A DNA stretch of 64,000 nucleotides from Lepidodermella squamata (lineage: Eukaryota; Animalia; Gastrotricha), in NCBI GenBank assembly GCA_047495785.1, contig JBLDXI010000015.1, positions 5,152,915-5,216,914 on the forward strand. The letters run 5' to 3'. The translations under genes and the position numbers were made by a program. This document shows, one piece after another, positions 1-13,399 of this stretch. The first letter of the stretch is position 1, and every line of letters begins with the position of its first letter. The notes under the pieces were generated by a model. That model saw only the letters and a program-made list of their open reading frames with translations. It did not search any database and had not been told where the DNA came from.

Positions 1-2649
1 TTGCCTTTGAGTGTTCCGGAAGCGTCTGTAGGTCCGAGCAGCCCACTGAGAGATGGGTCGCCGAATGAGATATCAAATCCTTGAACTGCAACTGGGGAGA
101 TCGGCCGGCTATTAACAATACTCATGTTTCCGAGGTCAAGGACCGTATTGGTTGACTGGGAAGGTGCCAGGTTAGCCGTCGTGCCAGAAGAGGGAGGTTT
201 CAGAAATTCGACTAGAGTTGATTCGCCTGGCAAAGAAATGTCGAGAGAGGCGTCAGCGAAGGATGGTACGTAGCCAGAAACTGCAGGCTGCTGACCTGCG
301 ACCGTATTGCAGTCCATGAACGAGAATTCCGAAGTCTGACGGGACGAGCTGGGTGCGCCAACTTGGAGCGGCGTAATTACTAAACTGACATTGGCATTTA
401 GGCTAGGTGGATCGCCTTGTTGCTGATCTTGTTGCATAGCATCGCTGCGGTTAGACATCAAATTATGAGGCATCATGTGAAAACGCATCTGGCTTTCAAC
501 CAGCCCAACCGGAACCGGTTTTGGCATCAAGCGGCGGGGTTGAATGGGCTGAATGAACCTGGGAGACCGCGACTGCTGCGACTCGGAGTCCGCAAGGTGG
601 TTATGTGTGTTGCTGACAGCAGTGGATGCGGGATTCATGCGATTCTTACGTTGTGTTTTGCCTCGCAGTTCTTTAAGCTGCTCAAGAAAGTTAGCAGCCA
701 CCGCGTTCGCAACGGGAGCAGGCATCGAAGGCGGCGGCTGGGCTTGAGCGGACGTTGATTGCGGCTGAGTTGTGCCGCTTGATAGCGCTTTCTTTTGACC
801 ACGTCGCCGGGGCGTTCCCGAATTTCCGGCTTTCCGTCCGTCACCAGTCAAAGATTCTGCGCATTGCCTCTCCTCGTCGATCCGGGGTAAAAATGGCATT
901 TTAATGCCGCCAGGTGATAAAATTTTAGCTCCATTAGGCTGGACAGAGGGTTGCTGTTGAATCAATTTCAGTCTCAAAGAAGCAAAATACAACAACTTTT
1001 TCAGTGCAGGACTGAGCATAGATTTGCTAGGCTCTGATAAATCATCTTGTAGCTGCGGTGTTTGCTGGATACAGTATTCCAAACGAATAACATTTTCCTT
1101 GATTTTGTCCCGCTCGCCGAGAAGAAAAACTTCGACTAGACTCATGCTCATAATATTTGATATTGCGGTCAGTTGTTGCGAGCTCGATCCAGGAATTTCC
1201 GATGTAGGCTCGTTTCCGGCTGTTGCTAGCACTGTACCAGCTTGAGAAGCTGACCGGGTAACTGGTAGCTCAAATGACACCGCTATTCTCTCGCTGCCGC
1301 CCAATTGATCTTGAATAGCTTCAAATGCCTGTTTATCAAAAATTATATTTAATCAGCCTCATAAGGCGGTCGGTATTTACTCACACCGAGTCTCGGTCGC
1401 CATTTCTCTTCCAACAGGGCTCTTAGCTCATCAAGTTTTACAGAGGCAGCGGCGGTCACAGCAATACGAGGGTTGTGAGCCACCGATTGGACGTAACTCC
1501 ATGAGAAGTTATTTAATGGCGTCAATTCGACCGTGAAAGTTGAAGGTATATTGACAAGAATGTTAGCATCAACTGAATTTGCGCCCGCAAGAGCAACATC
1601 GCCATCAACTGGATCCCCACTTCCACTGCCACGGCCATCACACGGAGGAGCAAAATTCCAAGACCTTAGAGCTTGGCATGTTGGAGCTTTGGCTCTGGAA
1701 AATTTCACAACGCACTCGAAATCGTTCGTAAATAATAGCTCATTATTTACCTAAATCTGCCTTTTCTGCCCACACGAACAACGGTGCTCCCAGATGTAAC
1801 CATTTCATTCAAGTGCCGGGCGAAATCAGGCCTTGCAAGGCGAGGGTCTAGCTCTATACAATAAATCCATCATTTGAATGACCTTTAAGATCATAATGAA
1901 TCGTCTTACTGTCCCTGAAGATTTTCTTTAGAGCATCATAGCACAGCAGCAAGTAAACTTCTCGCAGGTCGCGCGGCTGAGATGCTGACGATGCGGATGT
2001 GTAGTTACCGACAAGACGTTGGCAAAGCTGAAGTTTCCTGTGACAATAGAAGAAATTCAACGAAAATTTCTAATCAAAATCTGCTAGCCAGACCGATAGT
2101 AGAAGTGGCGGAGTTGCTCCTTGGTTTTTACCTTGGCGGTAGAAACCGTCTCTGAATTTTCAGCCACCGAGTTTGAAGCTGAAGCCATCACTCTTGCTCG
2201 ACGCTTTGCGAGAGATCTCATGTGTGCGAAAATGGCATGCATTTCTTTTCCATACTAAAGGTATAGCATAAAAGCGCTCGGCTAAAATTAATAGCAGCAC
2301 CTACCAATTTCAATCCGTCAAAAAAATCGGTTTGCTCCTACGAAAACAGAAACAATACCTACAATTGAACGGAAAAATCGGTCAATACCTGAATAGTCCA
2401 AAAATCTCGCTTTTTAGCGAAAAGAATATCATGCGTGGGCGCGTTACTGGAGCAAACTTCGCATACTGCGGAGCCACATTTGCATGAATGCTCAACTGCA
2501 GACGAACATGCGCTCTCATCGGGTTTCGCTTTCTGCTTGTTTAGCAAGCGAGTGCTGCTTCTTAAGTTTGAACCCAACAACTTCTGACCATCGGAGCAGT
2601 CGACAGTTTCCGGTAACTTCTCTTTGTTGACATCGCTAAAGTTCTCCAT
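1..2649 (-). CDS. CRAMP1: Cramped-like chromatin regulator (SANT domain), multi-exon; 3' end lies beyond the window start
   Basis: Spliced exons (first intron 2388-2338, GT..AG) give FWTIQ|EQTDFFDGLKL|YGKEMHAI...KTKEQLRHFYYR, the cramped SANT signature. Later LNEMVTSGSTVV, KAPTCQAL and VELTPLNNFSWSYVQSVAHNPRI...LEEKW match conserved cramped blocks. Confidence 0.9.
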
Positions 2650-3309
2650 GGTTAACTGAAATCATCTAAAACGCAAAATACAGGAAGTTAGCGAATGAAA
2701 TTGAAAATCTCCACCGGAAACACCCCTAAAAATATTCCAGTTTTATCAAAAAATATATATTCCCACTCCATTCAAAGTAACTCTGACAGCGAATCACAAC
2801 TAGGTATATTAATGCATTTCAGCCATGAATAAAATGATTGCTGGAATTTTTGAATAGCGGGCATTTTCGAATTTGTTGCTCTACTTTAAGCATTATTGGT
2901 AATATAATAGTATACCTTTCATAATACACCGCCAATTTCAGCGCTACAACGTAACATAATCGAAATGAATGAGAACGAAATGCCTGCAGCTGCTCGTGTA
3001 AATGATACCCCGTTATGTAAAAATAAAAACGAATACATTGCTATGTGCAAATCTAGTATCTCTTGATTAGAAATTAAGTGACGGATGAGTAATGAATAAT
3101 TATTAGATAGTGTCGCCATTTCTAGCGATATGAGAGTAAGAAGGTAAATGATATAATATGTCACGAATTCGAGTGAAGATGGCCCTGTGCCCTGTGAAAT
3201 AAAATTATGGTCCCTATACGATTATAGGTGCGATTAAGTCAATTTAGACACCAGATTGTCTTAAATTCCTGCACTGCGGCCCTGTGTATTAGGTCTATTG
3301 TCTAATATA

Positions 3310-3516
3310 GCTTTGCATCCATCCCAAGGAACACCACTGTGACCTGCCAGAAAAGGCGAGAAAGACCCCCTAGAGCACTAGGCATGGATGAGTCAGCATT
3401 GTAACGGTTAACGGTGAGGGGAGACACGAAGAAAGCACAGCTGCAGGCAACGGATGGAACCAGGCCGCCTTTAACCGGGAGAGCGCACGTGGCACAGCTT
3501 ATCCACTACGCCACCT
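3310..3516 (-). mobile_element. tRNA-derived SINE-like element (3' boundary approximate)
   Basis: Minus strand has an A-box TGGCGTAGTGG (3513-3503) and a B-box-like GGTTCCATCC (3461-3452). There is no cloverleaf, and unrelated body sequence follows. Confidence 0.45.
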
Positions 3517-5887
3517 CACAGACAAGCACTCAGCTGTCGTAGTGAGCGACGTATCAGACATCTTACCGCTACAAGTACCCATTCTATTCAAAGCTGTGGC
3601 GGTTGCCGACTTGCTTCACAATATCGACTGATTGTGTGTGAGTTAGTTTTCCTTATAACGAATCAGCTTGTCGCCTCAGCATTGCAAATGTCGGCACTCG
3701 AATCGTATGAAAATTAACAGAACACCCTGTCATCAAAATCGCAGAACACCCTGATACCAGAACATACGAATCGTCCACGTAGCCCTGCTTTTGGGCTACT
3801 TTCGATAACCTAGAAGAACCTCCGGCAACTAGACTAGACTAAACAAGGGACAGAAAACGGAGTAGAAACAGAAAACGTCACCGCTTGGCTTCGCGGTTCC
3901 CGGCTGACCTGGCAGATTGAATGAGTTACATGCCACTAATAACATTTGAAATCTTCCTTATAGTGACGCAACATCAAACGGAGTTTAATATTATTGTCGA
4001 ATATGAAAATTTTGAAAAAACAACCTTGACGCACAAATTCATGCTAACGCGCGCTAATTCTTTTCCCGCATTCTTCCGTGACGCGTAACGCCCAAGAGCA
4101 GGACGCGGTCCGATTTGAGGCAGGTATAGCCATGCGATGCTGCATATAATTTGAGCTATCCATGGCATCTTGCATGTAATTCACAGTCAAGTTTTTGATT
4201 CACTTATTCTTTTATTTGGATTTCTTGAAGATTATTTTATTACATTTGTAATATATTTTTCTAAAATTACTTTTCTACTCCATATTTGTGCCTCTTGGCC
4301 CGTGTATAACATCGCTACAGCGGTGATTCGGGTGCTAAACTCTCAAACTGATGCCCAAGCATATCGTCGGGCAACTGGCGATTGGGCTTTTAAATCCATC
4401 CATCCATTCTTTTTTCAGCTTATTTTTCTTGTTAGCCATAGGCCAGAGTCCAGATCCTTCCGGAATCGATAACCTTTCTGGACGAGGGAAGTTTGAGGGA
4501 AGTGGCTGCTGGCCGTGAGTGTTGGAAGAAGGTGGAGATGTTGCGACCTCCTTTGGAGAGCAGTGAAGTGTTTTCAAAACATGAACACTATAGTCCAGAT
4601 CGACATTGCAATTTTGCACCAACTTGTGCCGAAATTGCATCATTTTATCACTAAGTTGCGCTCTGTAATGTCGAATTGTGACACGTGGCACTAATCATAA
4701 GTCTAAGAAATGCTTACCTGTTGAAAATTGTCAATTTCTCACCCCTTGTTTCAAAGACAATTTCGGGTCATTTATGCAGAAAAATCAGAGGATTCGCTTT
4801 TTTTTTACGGTCTATTGAACATTTATCGTCGCTCGTAGCTTATTGAATATTTGGCTAGACGAGGCGTGTGGTGGAGAAAGCCTAGCGCCTAGATAAAGAA
4901 CGTCTCTAGCCTTTTGTCGGTTGACGCGGCTCACTAGAATAATGTAGCCTAACCCTAGTTGTTACCTTGCGTGAATCTTCGCCCCCAGCCGCCATCCCGT
5001 CCTCTGGCATCTGACTGACTCTTCCGCCGGCCCCGGCTATTATTTTCCTACGATACATGGTACTTATACGCAAATTTTACCTCGCCGAAATGAATTTTCG
5101 CAAAATTCCCTATCAAAAATGCCCTTCTCACTTATTTATGTTACTTATTTGTGGCGGATTCAGGGTTAGCAAGTCAATCCCACATTAGTTAACCATGAAG
5201 ACAGAAGACAGGTTTTGTGCCGGGTTTCTGCGGTCAGGGGGCGAGTTGGGGACATGTATGTATGTATTCATATACAAAAATTCGCACATCTCACTAATGT
5301 CGTACGCGTTGGTGCCTACAATCAGCGAGCAATGACGACACTGACATCAACCCCCACGCGAGCGAAGAGAGCTGTAGCTCACGCTAATTTCTGAAAATTT
5401 TCCACCATGGCTAAGATAGTTACGCTTAAACGTTGCCTGAAGTTCACTTCTGAAGTTCCTGAGGGTCTCCGAGTGGTTAAATTGATCTGCTATCCTTGAG
5501 AAAGTTTCCATCCTGCAAAACTTTAGAAATTCAAGCTTCAATAGACTCTACTTTAACATGAGCTTTGCAAGTATTAACTGACGCTATTTTTGAGAATGTC
5601 TGTGCTGGAACAGCCTTAAAATGTCCCAGATTTCGGTCGAGTGCTAAATTTTCCACGGAGGCGAGTATCATGTGGAAAAATGTGCTGTGCGGATAATATC
5701 AGGTTGATTATGCCCTTGACCAGTGCCAAGATAGGTTTAGTGAACGGCAATGATTGCATCGAGTGGTTAAATCACTTACCCGTGGTATCCCGCAGTCCGT
5801 ATTTACGGCCTTTGCCTTGTGGTAATATCCCTTATTTAAGTAAATGTTGCATTTTCTTAGGAATCCCGTTAATTAGTTGATTTCACA

Positions 5888-6666
5888 ATGGCCGATGATG
5901 GCAAGCCAGATATCCTGTGCAACGGCTTGCGCAACGGTTCTCTGCAAAGTTACACAAATGACAGTCAGATGCCAATCCCTGGCGCCAACGGTAAAATCGA
6001 AAGGAACAACCTGCATCTAATGCGCGTGACTGATCAAGTCAAGGAGCTTCAAACTGTAATTCGCGACAAAGAGTCATCGAGGAGTGACTTCATATTTTAC
6101 GCCGACCGGCTCATCCGTTTAGTCGTCGAGGAAGGCTTAAATTTATTGCCATACGAAGAATGTACGGTGACAACGCCCTCTGGCCAACCTTATAAAGGCG
6201 TTCGATACATGCGTGGAAACTGCGGAGTCAGTATAATGAGGAGCGGGGAGGCAATGGAGCAAGGTCTTCGCGATTGTTGTCGTTCAATCCGCATTGGGAA
6301 AATTCTCATTCAGAATGAAGAAAACAACCAAGCTCGGTTATACTATGCTAAACTGCCCCCAGATGTTGCCTCAAGGAAGGTTCTCATCTTGTATCCTGTT
6401 CTCAGGTGAGTTGCCCTCTTATTCAAGTGTTCAGTCTATTACTATAACATTAATCTTACAGTGCAGCTGCCGTCATACGCTGTGCAATGGAAGTATTGCA
6501 TGAACATGATGTACCCGAAGAAAATGTCATATTGCTCACGTTGTTCTGTTCGCCAGAGGCGATCGAAGAGCTGCGCGTGAATTGCCCAAAATTGCGAGTT
6601 GTGACGTCCGAAGTTCACCCGGTTCCTCCTATCCACTTCGGATCTAAATATTTCGGAACTGACTGA
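5888..6666 (+). CDS. UPRT: Uracil phosphoribosyltransferase homolog; exons 5888-6405 and 6462-6666
   Basis: SDFIFYADRLIRLVVEEGLN, GVSIMRSGEAMEQGLRDCCRSIRIGKILIQ and YYAKLPPD. Exon 2 ends TSEVHPVPPIHFGSKYFGTD*, like animal UPRT. Confidence 0.95.
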
Positions 6667-7003
6667 TAAAACTTGCGATAATTGCTGTTGTATTTCGATG
6701 GAAGTTGTTTGCAAATTCCAGCTTTTGGTATCGCACATGTATTTCGCATAATGATGATGAAGTTGATATTGCGATTCGATACTAACTGATCGGATACATA
6801 AAATCCAACTAGCGGGCAACAATTACCAACAGTGACTATTATGACGACCGCTGTTTCTCGTAAAGCCAATAAAAATTGTTGAAGAATGTGATTGCATTTT
6901 CTTTTAATGTTGATAAAGGCCACAAAAGCGATAAAAACAGTGCACGTTTTAGTATCAAGCAGTTAGAAAACGTTAGTTGAATAAATATTGCAATAAAAGA
7001 GAA

Positions 7004-9134
7004 TCAATTTGCCAGCGGCCCCCATGTCTGCTTCAGAATCTTCAGAAAATCTTCATCTGCATCAACGGCCAAACCTTTAAAAAATAAATCGAAGTTTAAT
7101 AAGTCAGAAATAGTATATGTGTGTCTAATTACTCAATCCCTCATAATATGTAGCGAACTCCAGGAATCCAATAACCGACTCGCCATCAGGGCCTTTCGCC
7201 GTGAAGCGCTGTCTCTGAGTCGGTTGCAACATTGATATGAATGCATTAACAATTTGTTGCTCCATGCGATCGCCAGACAATACTAAAGAATAGGTCACAA
7301 GTTGAGGTCACAAGTAGGTCCTATATTGAGGGTTAACGACGCAACATACCGTCGGGGTGAGTTTTTGCGGAGTAAAATTTCTTTAGTGTCGCAGCAGTTA
7401 GGCGACCCGTCTTGGTTGGATCCATTTTCATCCACGCTCGCTTTACAAACTGAAATCGTACCTCCGACATACCACCGATTATCCCACGAATAAATTCACC
7501 GAAATCGATCACCCCTGAAGCTCAAATTTCGTCAAGTATTCAAATTTTCAGCCACAATAAGGTTTCCTACCGTTGCAATCTGAGTCCAGAATTTCACACA
7601 ACTTTTTCAACTCGGACGAGTCAATTTTCACATTGAACCGGTCAAGCATTGTGCTGATTTGATCAGGGCTGATATAGTAGCGTTTGTAGTCGTCTTCACT
7701 AACCTTTTCGTCAGGAAGCTTGAATGAGACCCCCAGCTAGAAATACGGTTTAAAATTAGATACGTAATTATGTTTTTATGTGAGAATTGCAAACTAACTT
7801 CATGTCGCATGTTGAGTAATACTGGAATGCCTCTGGTTTTCAGGGATTTTGTTACGATCTTTCTGATACTAAACAGAAGAGATCTAGCTTCGGCCTCCTG
7901 TGGCGTTTGAGGCGCATGCAGTTTTGCTAGAGCTTCGTCATATTGGGATATTCTGTAGTCTTTCAAAAGAACGCTTTTCTTCTGCGCTAGGTCGACGTGA
8001 GTAACCTGTGAAAAATACGTTTCCTCCTGATTACACTTTGGCATATTCAGAAACTAATATTTACTCGAATAACAAATGTTGACTTCTGTTTCAAAGTGTC
8101 GTTGAGAGCGGGTGCGTTATCAGCTCCAGACAATACAATATCTCTGCCATCGGTCAGATCGGTTAGGCTCACCGGTTGGCCACATCTAACAATATATAAT
8201 TCCACACAATAATATAGCAGGGCTTTTTAAGGGGTTTATAGGTTGGCCGCCACTAAGTTCGGCACATTCGCCCCTAACGAAGAGAAAGTATATAAATAGA
8301 TTTTTACCTAAGTCCACCGGCGTGTTTGTGCTGTCCGCGAACAACGAAGGGCAATACTCTTGGAGGATTTCGACTTGTCGCTTTATTCAGGCCACGAAAT
8401 TCATAGATTGCCAAGGTGGAATCTAGCAGATCAAGTTATTCGGGAACTTTCTGGCAATGAAAAACAGAAATCGATTTACCCTCGGGCCAATAAAAGCCGG
8501 TGAAGTCTCTGAGCGAATCAGCATCAGAATTCGTTAACAACCTAGCTTGAAAAGCAACCCGCTTGACTGTATCGTTATCACGAGCCGATAAACTATACGG
8601 CCGGGCCGTGCGTACATCTTTCGAGGATTTAATTTCTGTATAAAAGTTGACAGTTTTAACTCGTTCGAAACAACACTAGGCAGTTGCATACGATCATCCT
8701 CCGGCAAACGGCTCTCCACTACTTGACGTATGACACTCAGGTCTTTGAATTCTCGCTCGAGAATATTTCTTCCGGTATTGAATTCATTGTACGGGGTGAA
8801 GCACCGATTCGATGAAAGTGGTGTGGCATCTCCAGGTCGATTATTAGCTGGGCCAACAGCAAGTTGCTTTTCTGGAATTGTTGCGTATGGTGGCACTACA
8901 CTGTGCGGTCTACAATTGAAAGAATACGATGATGTAACGAATTTTTAAATTCTAATTACCGAGATGAAGAGTTTGATTCCAAATCATACGCCTGCCCTCC
9001 TTTTGGCGCAAGTCGAGCGGAGCGAACACTATCAAGATCGCCAAAATCTAATCTCGGAATGGCCTGTCTGATTACAGAGAAGATAAATGTTATTCATTGC
9101 ATCGTAATGCGTCTGATAATTACTGTTTATTCAT
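7004..9134 (-). CDS. CAPS2: Calcyphosine-2 (DM10-like domain plus EF-hands), multi-exon
   Basis: Spliced translation gives FQARLL...RDFTGFYWPE|DSTLAIYEFR, the EF-hand LDSDCNG|VIDFGEFIRGIIGGMSEVRFQFVKRAWMKMDPTKTG, and C-terminal FLEFATYYEGLSLAVDADEDFLKILKQTWG. The start ATG at 9134 is inferred from a short MNKQ exon. Confidence 0.88.
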
Positions 9135-9464
9135 GTACTTCGGTAGAGCCAGAGACAGTAACTGATGTGATGGTGGACAAGAACACTATAAAATACAATA
9201 TTCTATTGAAAACGCTGCACACGGATACGATTACATTTAAGCAGAAGTATAACAATCTACGAGGCGCGATGATTCATTTAATTAACGGTTCACTCAGACA
9301 TCAACTCAAACAAATTCTTCGCGCCAACAGCCTAGTTACCGCCAAGGACGCCGTCGGTGAAGGTCAACATTATTTTATAGGCTTTATAATCAAAAGAATA
9401 ATTTTTTGTTCATTATTTCAATAAATAAAAGCGATATGTGCTAAAATAGAAGAGAAAAATTAAA

Positions 9465-9521
9465 TTAAAAATTAAAAATTAAAAATTAAAAATTAAAAAT
9501 TAAAAATTAAAAATTAAAAAT
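9465..9521. repeat. (TTAAAAA)8 microsatellite
   Basis: Perfect 7-bp tandem repeat read directly from the sequence. Confidence 0.9.
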
Positions 9522-10576
9522 GAGAAAGAGAAACTTTTTCAATTCCCGAACCGTTGCGTCCAAGTTTGAGCGGTCCAAATTTGAGCAGATCTGAGATTAA
9601 TATCAAAATCATTTGAAATGGCAGTCTGTGAGCAGTTTGAGACAAACTCAGGGTTTGAATACAGGGTGTTCTTTTTAAAACCGAACATCCTGCCGTAGTC
9701 GCGAAAAATAAATTTGCCGGCTATTTTACGAAAATAATTTTACTAAAATAATTTTTTATCACTTTTAATATAAATTTTTAATTTTATTTTCAATTGCACG
9801 ATGCCCTTGAATTTTAGCGCGCGTTGCCACGTCGACGCGTCGGTTTTTAAATTTTAGCGGTTAAAACGCCTGAAATCAGGGTTTTCGCGCCTGGTTCCTA
9901 AGGTAACCGGCAAGCGCGCGGCTCCTTGCCGCGCATCATTCAAGTCAGTTAAGCGAGCTAAATGTTTTAGCTGCGCCGTTTTTTCTTATTCGGTCTCAGT
10001 TTTCGCAATGTGGTATAACCAAAATCGGTGAAAAGAGCCTTAAATTGCGCTTCCTTGCCGTTGAAATCCACCGCTGGAATCAAGAAGACGGCGGTGCAAC
10101 GTGGTTTTCTGCTGTCTTGAGGAGTCTAAATGATATAACAAGCGGCCTTGAAAACTTGTCGCTCAAGTTTCAGTCCGCGGATCAGAGAAACGCACCATTT
10201 TCTGGGCGAAATGCAATGCAACTAGCTGTTTCACGATGAAAAGGGCTGTGATATCATGTAAATAAACGGAAAGCTGGGGGGAAACATGTCGAATTTACTG
10301 GCATAGATGTTGCTGATGCGGAAGACACGTTGCCTTCCTTCTTTATCCTTGATGTTCTCTCATCCTTGTGTGATACTTCGTCGTCCGCAGTGAGGCCGTA
10401 ACTAACTTCTACAGACTAATTAAAGCTGATCTCAAAGGCGTTACCACCGTTATCATCAAAGCTGTCTCGTAGAACATGTTCATAATATCAAAAAGAAAAA
10501 ATACAAGGTATTTTAGATTACGATGATTTAGCCGCTCAGTTCATTTCGTTTACTGCTGTTCGTAACATCAGTCATG

Positions 10577-10868
10577 TTCCTTACTAAGGATAGTGGTTTA
10601 CAAGTCAGCGTAGCTTGGTGCTTAGTAAGGACTGTCATCCTAATAGTCATAACTATGGACACTCACTCTTCACTCTACGCCGCGTCTTTTAAGGTGCACA
10701 GGTCCATCTGAGATCAGATCCTTAGATCGCTCAGTCTGAAGCGGCGAAGTCTGAGTAAGGATTGTTGAGTAAGCCATTCCTACCAAGCATACCAGTGACA
10801 CCGCGTCCTTACTTGGAAGCCATCTTGCTAAGGATGTCTTGCTTAGTAAGGACATCCTTAGTAAGGAA
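10577..10868. repeat. Small inverted-repeat (MITE-like) unit
   Basis: 15-bp perfect IR TTCCTTACTAAGGAT (10577-10591 and 10854-10868), with further CTTAGTAAGGA motifs inside. No clear TSD. Confidence 0.5.
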
Positions 10869-10930
10869 TTCCTTATAGCAAGATTGCTTTCAAGTAAAGA
10901 GAGCGCTTAGCATCTCTTTTACTCATAAAT

Positions 10931-12589
10931 GGGTGTGCCAACTGCACCTACCTAAATCAAGACTCCAGCACTAAATTTAGAGTTCCAGCACTAAATTTGA
11001 AAGTTGCTCCCACTAATCCTATTTAAGACTAAATAAGCAACTCTAGCACTAAATATACAAAGCCACCACCTAATTCATGGATAGGAATGCCATCATATCG
11101 CACCAGTGAGGCCGCTGCAGAGCAGTTACTTCGAGGATCAGCCAATCGACCTGGGCTCTATTCCCTATATCTTATAACCTATCCCCAACAAATTTGGTTG
11201 TAATGTTATTCCGCCGCTAAGCGCAAGCAGGGTCAGGCACCAATTTTGTAGGTCAAAGATCAAACGTTTGACAGGCCGTAAATAAGCGCCTATGCAAATA
11301 AGGCAGGGTGTTGAAATCTAAGTTACGTTGGGAGGGCCTCTTTCAGGAGAGAAGCATTAGTTTACCATAGACATGGGCAAATAGCACCATTTTAGTCTTT
11401 GCTACCATAGCCGCTCGCCGAAACGAGACGTGGCAAACCATGGCAGTCCCATGTCTGTCCTATTCATTTCAAAAGGTAAAAGCTGATTGTTACCATTATT
11501 ACGCAACACCTAACCTTCAAGCAATGACTGCGATGATAGAGATTGCCCCGCCTCAATTGGCTCAAAAATGACTCTTGAAGCTACAAAAACCTATAGTGCC
11601 ACCGAAATACGGTCCATACTGCCACTCAGGGTCCCACCATGATGGTCCCGCAAAAAGCCAATAGCGGCGGCGTTCGGATCAAAGTTGTTGGCTGTGAGCA
11701 AAAGAGTGCATCATAACGAGATGCCAACCTCAACGTCATGGCTCATTTGCATAATACGCATATGTTTAAGTCGGCCATTAAGCCATTATAGATATTAATG
11801 ATCGACTAATCTTTAAAAACCATATAAAAAATATTATTACAAAAATATAATGTGAGTGGACAGGGCGCATATGTGTCCCTGGCTCCTGATCGACTAATAT
11901 ATAATTTGTTATATATAATTAACTAGTATCTATGTGATAGATACATACATATATTCATCATGTTTACGGAGCAAAATAAAACTAAACTAAACTAAACTAA
12001 GCACTCGAGCTAAAATTTCAAAATCTTCATTTTTATCCAAAGTTGAAATTCTCAAAACGGATATCTCTGTTATTTACTAAACTTTGCATGCATACAGAAC
12101 GCGAGCTGCTCTTTCGCGTGGTATGAGATTCAACCCAACCGTTGTTACTATACAAAAACCGCTTTTTACTATAGTTTCATTTATTTTGATGAGATCAAGA
12201 CTGAGCAGCAATTGCCCCCCTCAAATCTTATACCACATGAAACAGCAGCTGGCGTTCTACATGCATGCAAAATTTGGTGAACAATGGAGAAGCACTCGAT
12301 TTAATAATGCAGATCAAAATTTTAGCTTGAGGGCTTCTTCTGGTCACTTTTTCTCTATGGAAATACGGTAAAACCCTAAGCATGCATCGTCTGAAGGCGC
12401 GTGGTCGAGAATGCCTGAGAGCCTCGCCTGGTCTTAACAGCAGTAATAGGCACTGAATGCTGATATTTAGTGCTGGAACTCATATTTAGGTGCCCAAATA
12501 ATTTAGTGTGAGCTGTTTGCAAATTAGGTAAACGCACTCTCAAATTTAGTGCTGGAACCTCATTTTAGGTGGTGCACTTATTTAGACCC
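10931..12589. mobile_element. Non-autonomous Mutator (MULE)-like element nested in the Tc1/mariner-type element
   Basis: 9-bp TSD CTCATAAAT (10922-10930 and 12590-12598). Termini are GGGT...ACCC with imperfect TIRs, and (C)CAGCACTAAAT subterminal motifs recur in inverted orientation at the two ends. Confidence 0.8.
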
Positions 12590-13399
12590 CTCATAAATGC
12601 ATCCTTAACATCCATAGCATGGAAAATCAACATCGCTAGGCTATGAACAGCCGTTTATTTGCACCATTCAGATCAAGTTGAGTGTTTAACAAAACGTCAT
12701 GTAAACTTTAACATCATTGGCAGCATCCGGCGCGCGGCGTGAGTCGTTAAGAGTGAGAATTTAGCATCATTTTCGGCGAAAAATTCATTGGTATCACTGG
12801 ATCCGCCGGAGATTTGAAAACAGCCGATGACTGAGACAACGCTTAGGACTGATAACCGAGATCTTATTCAGACATTGATCACTCGTTTGCGGCGGCGCAG
12901 GGCAGCGGCGGGAATATTCCGTGGTGATGCCCGTGTCCTGTCATCCATTTCCCTGCGGTAACCGCAGTCGCGGGCGGGTGTAACTGTTTGTGAGACTGCG
13001 GTAACAAAGCAAGTTTAACACCACGCCAGTCTTTGTCTTTTATTTGCATCCCTTTGATCTCTGATTCTACGCGTCCTGTAAGAACAGTCCAGCATTCTCG
13101 CATAGATTTTACGTTTCTTGTAATATTTTAGTGGTAAACTATTTGATTGATGTAACTTCAAGCGCAATTAATCGCAATAGTATAACGCGCCCCACCCGCT
13201 GAATTTCCCGGAGGAATAGAAGAATAAGCGAAAACAAACGATTTCAAACCTTAGCCCTAATGCGGCCGCTGAAAACCAGTAGCAGCGGCTGAAATGTGTC
13301 AACGGGTAAAGTCTTTTGCAGAATTTTAACACGATTAAAGCTATATATTCACACAATGCCTAAAATTCATGCATCGACGTCATATGGCCCCATAAATCA

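Noticed and set aside
3384-3417. Minus-strand CACCGTTAA...ATG resembling a flatworm spliced leader
   Set aside because: No GT donor or Sm site follows, and it lies in the SINE-like body.
3440-3516. tRNA gene
   Set aside because: A and B boxes are present but there are no acceptor or anticodon stems.
4335-4691. 118-aa minus-strand ORF
   Set aside because: No recognisable motif and stops nearby; possibly a decayed transposon.
12000-12335. Imperfect IR (AGCACTCGAGCTAAAATTT) as a nested MITE
   Set aside because: Mismatched IR and no TSD; too weak to call.
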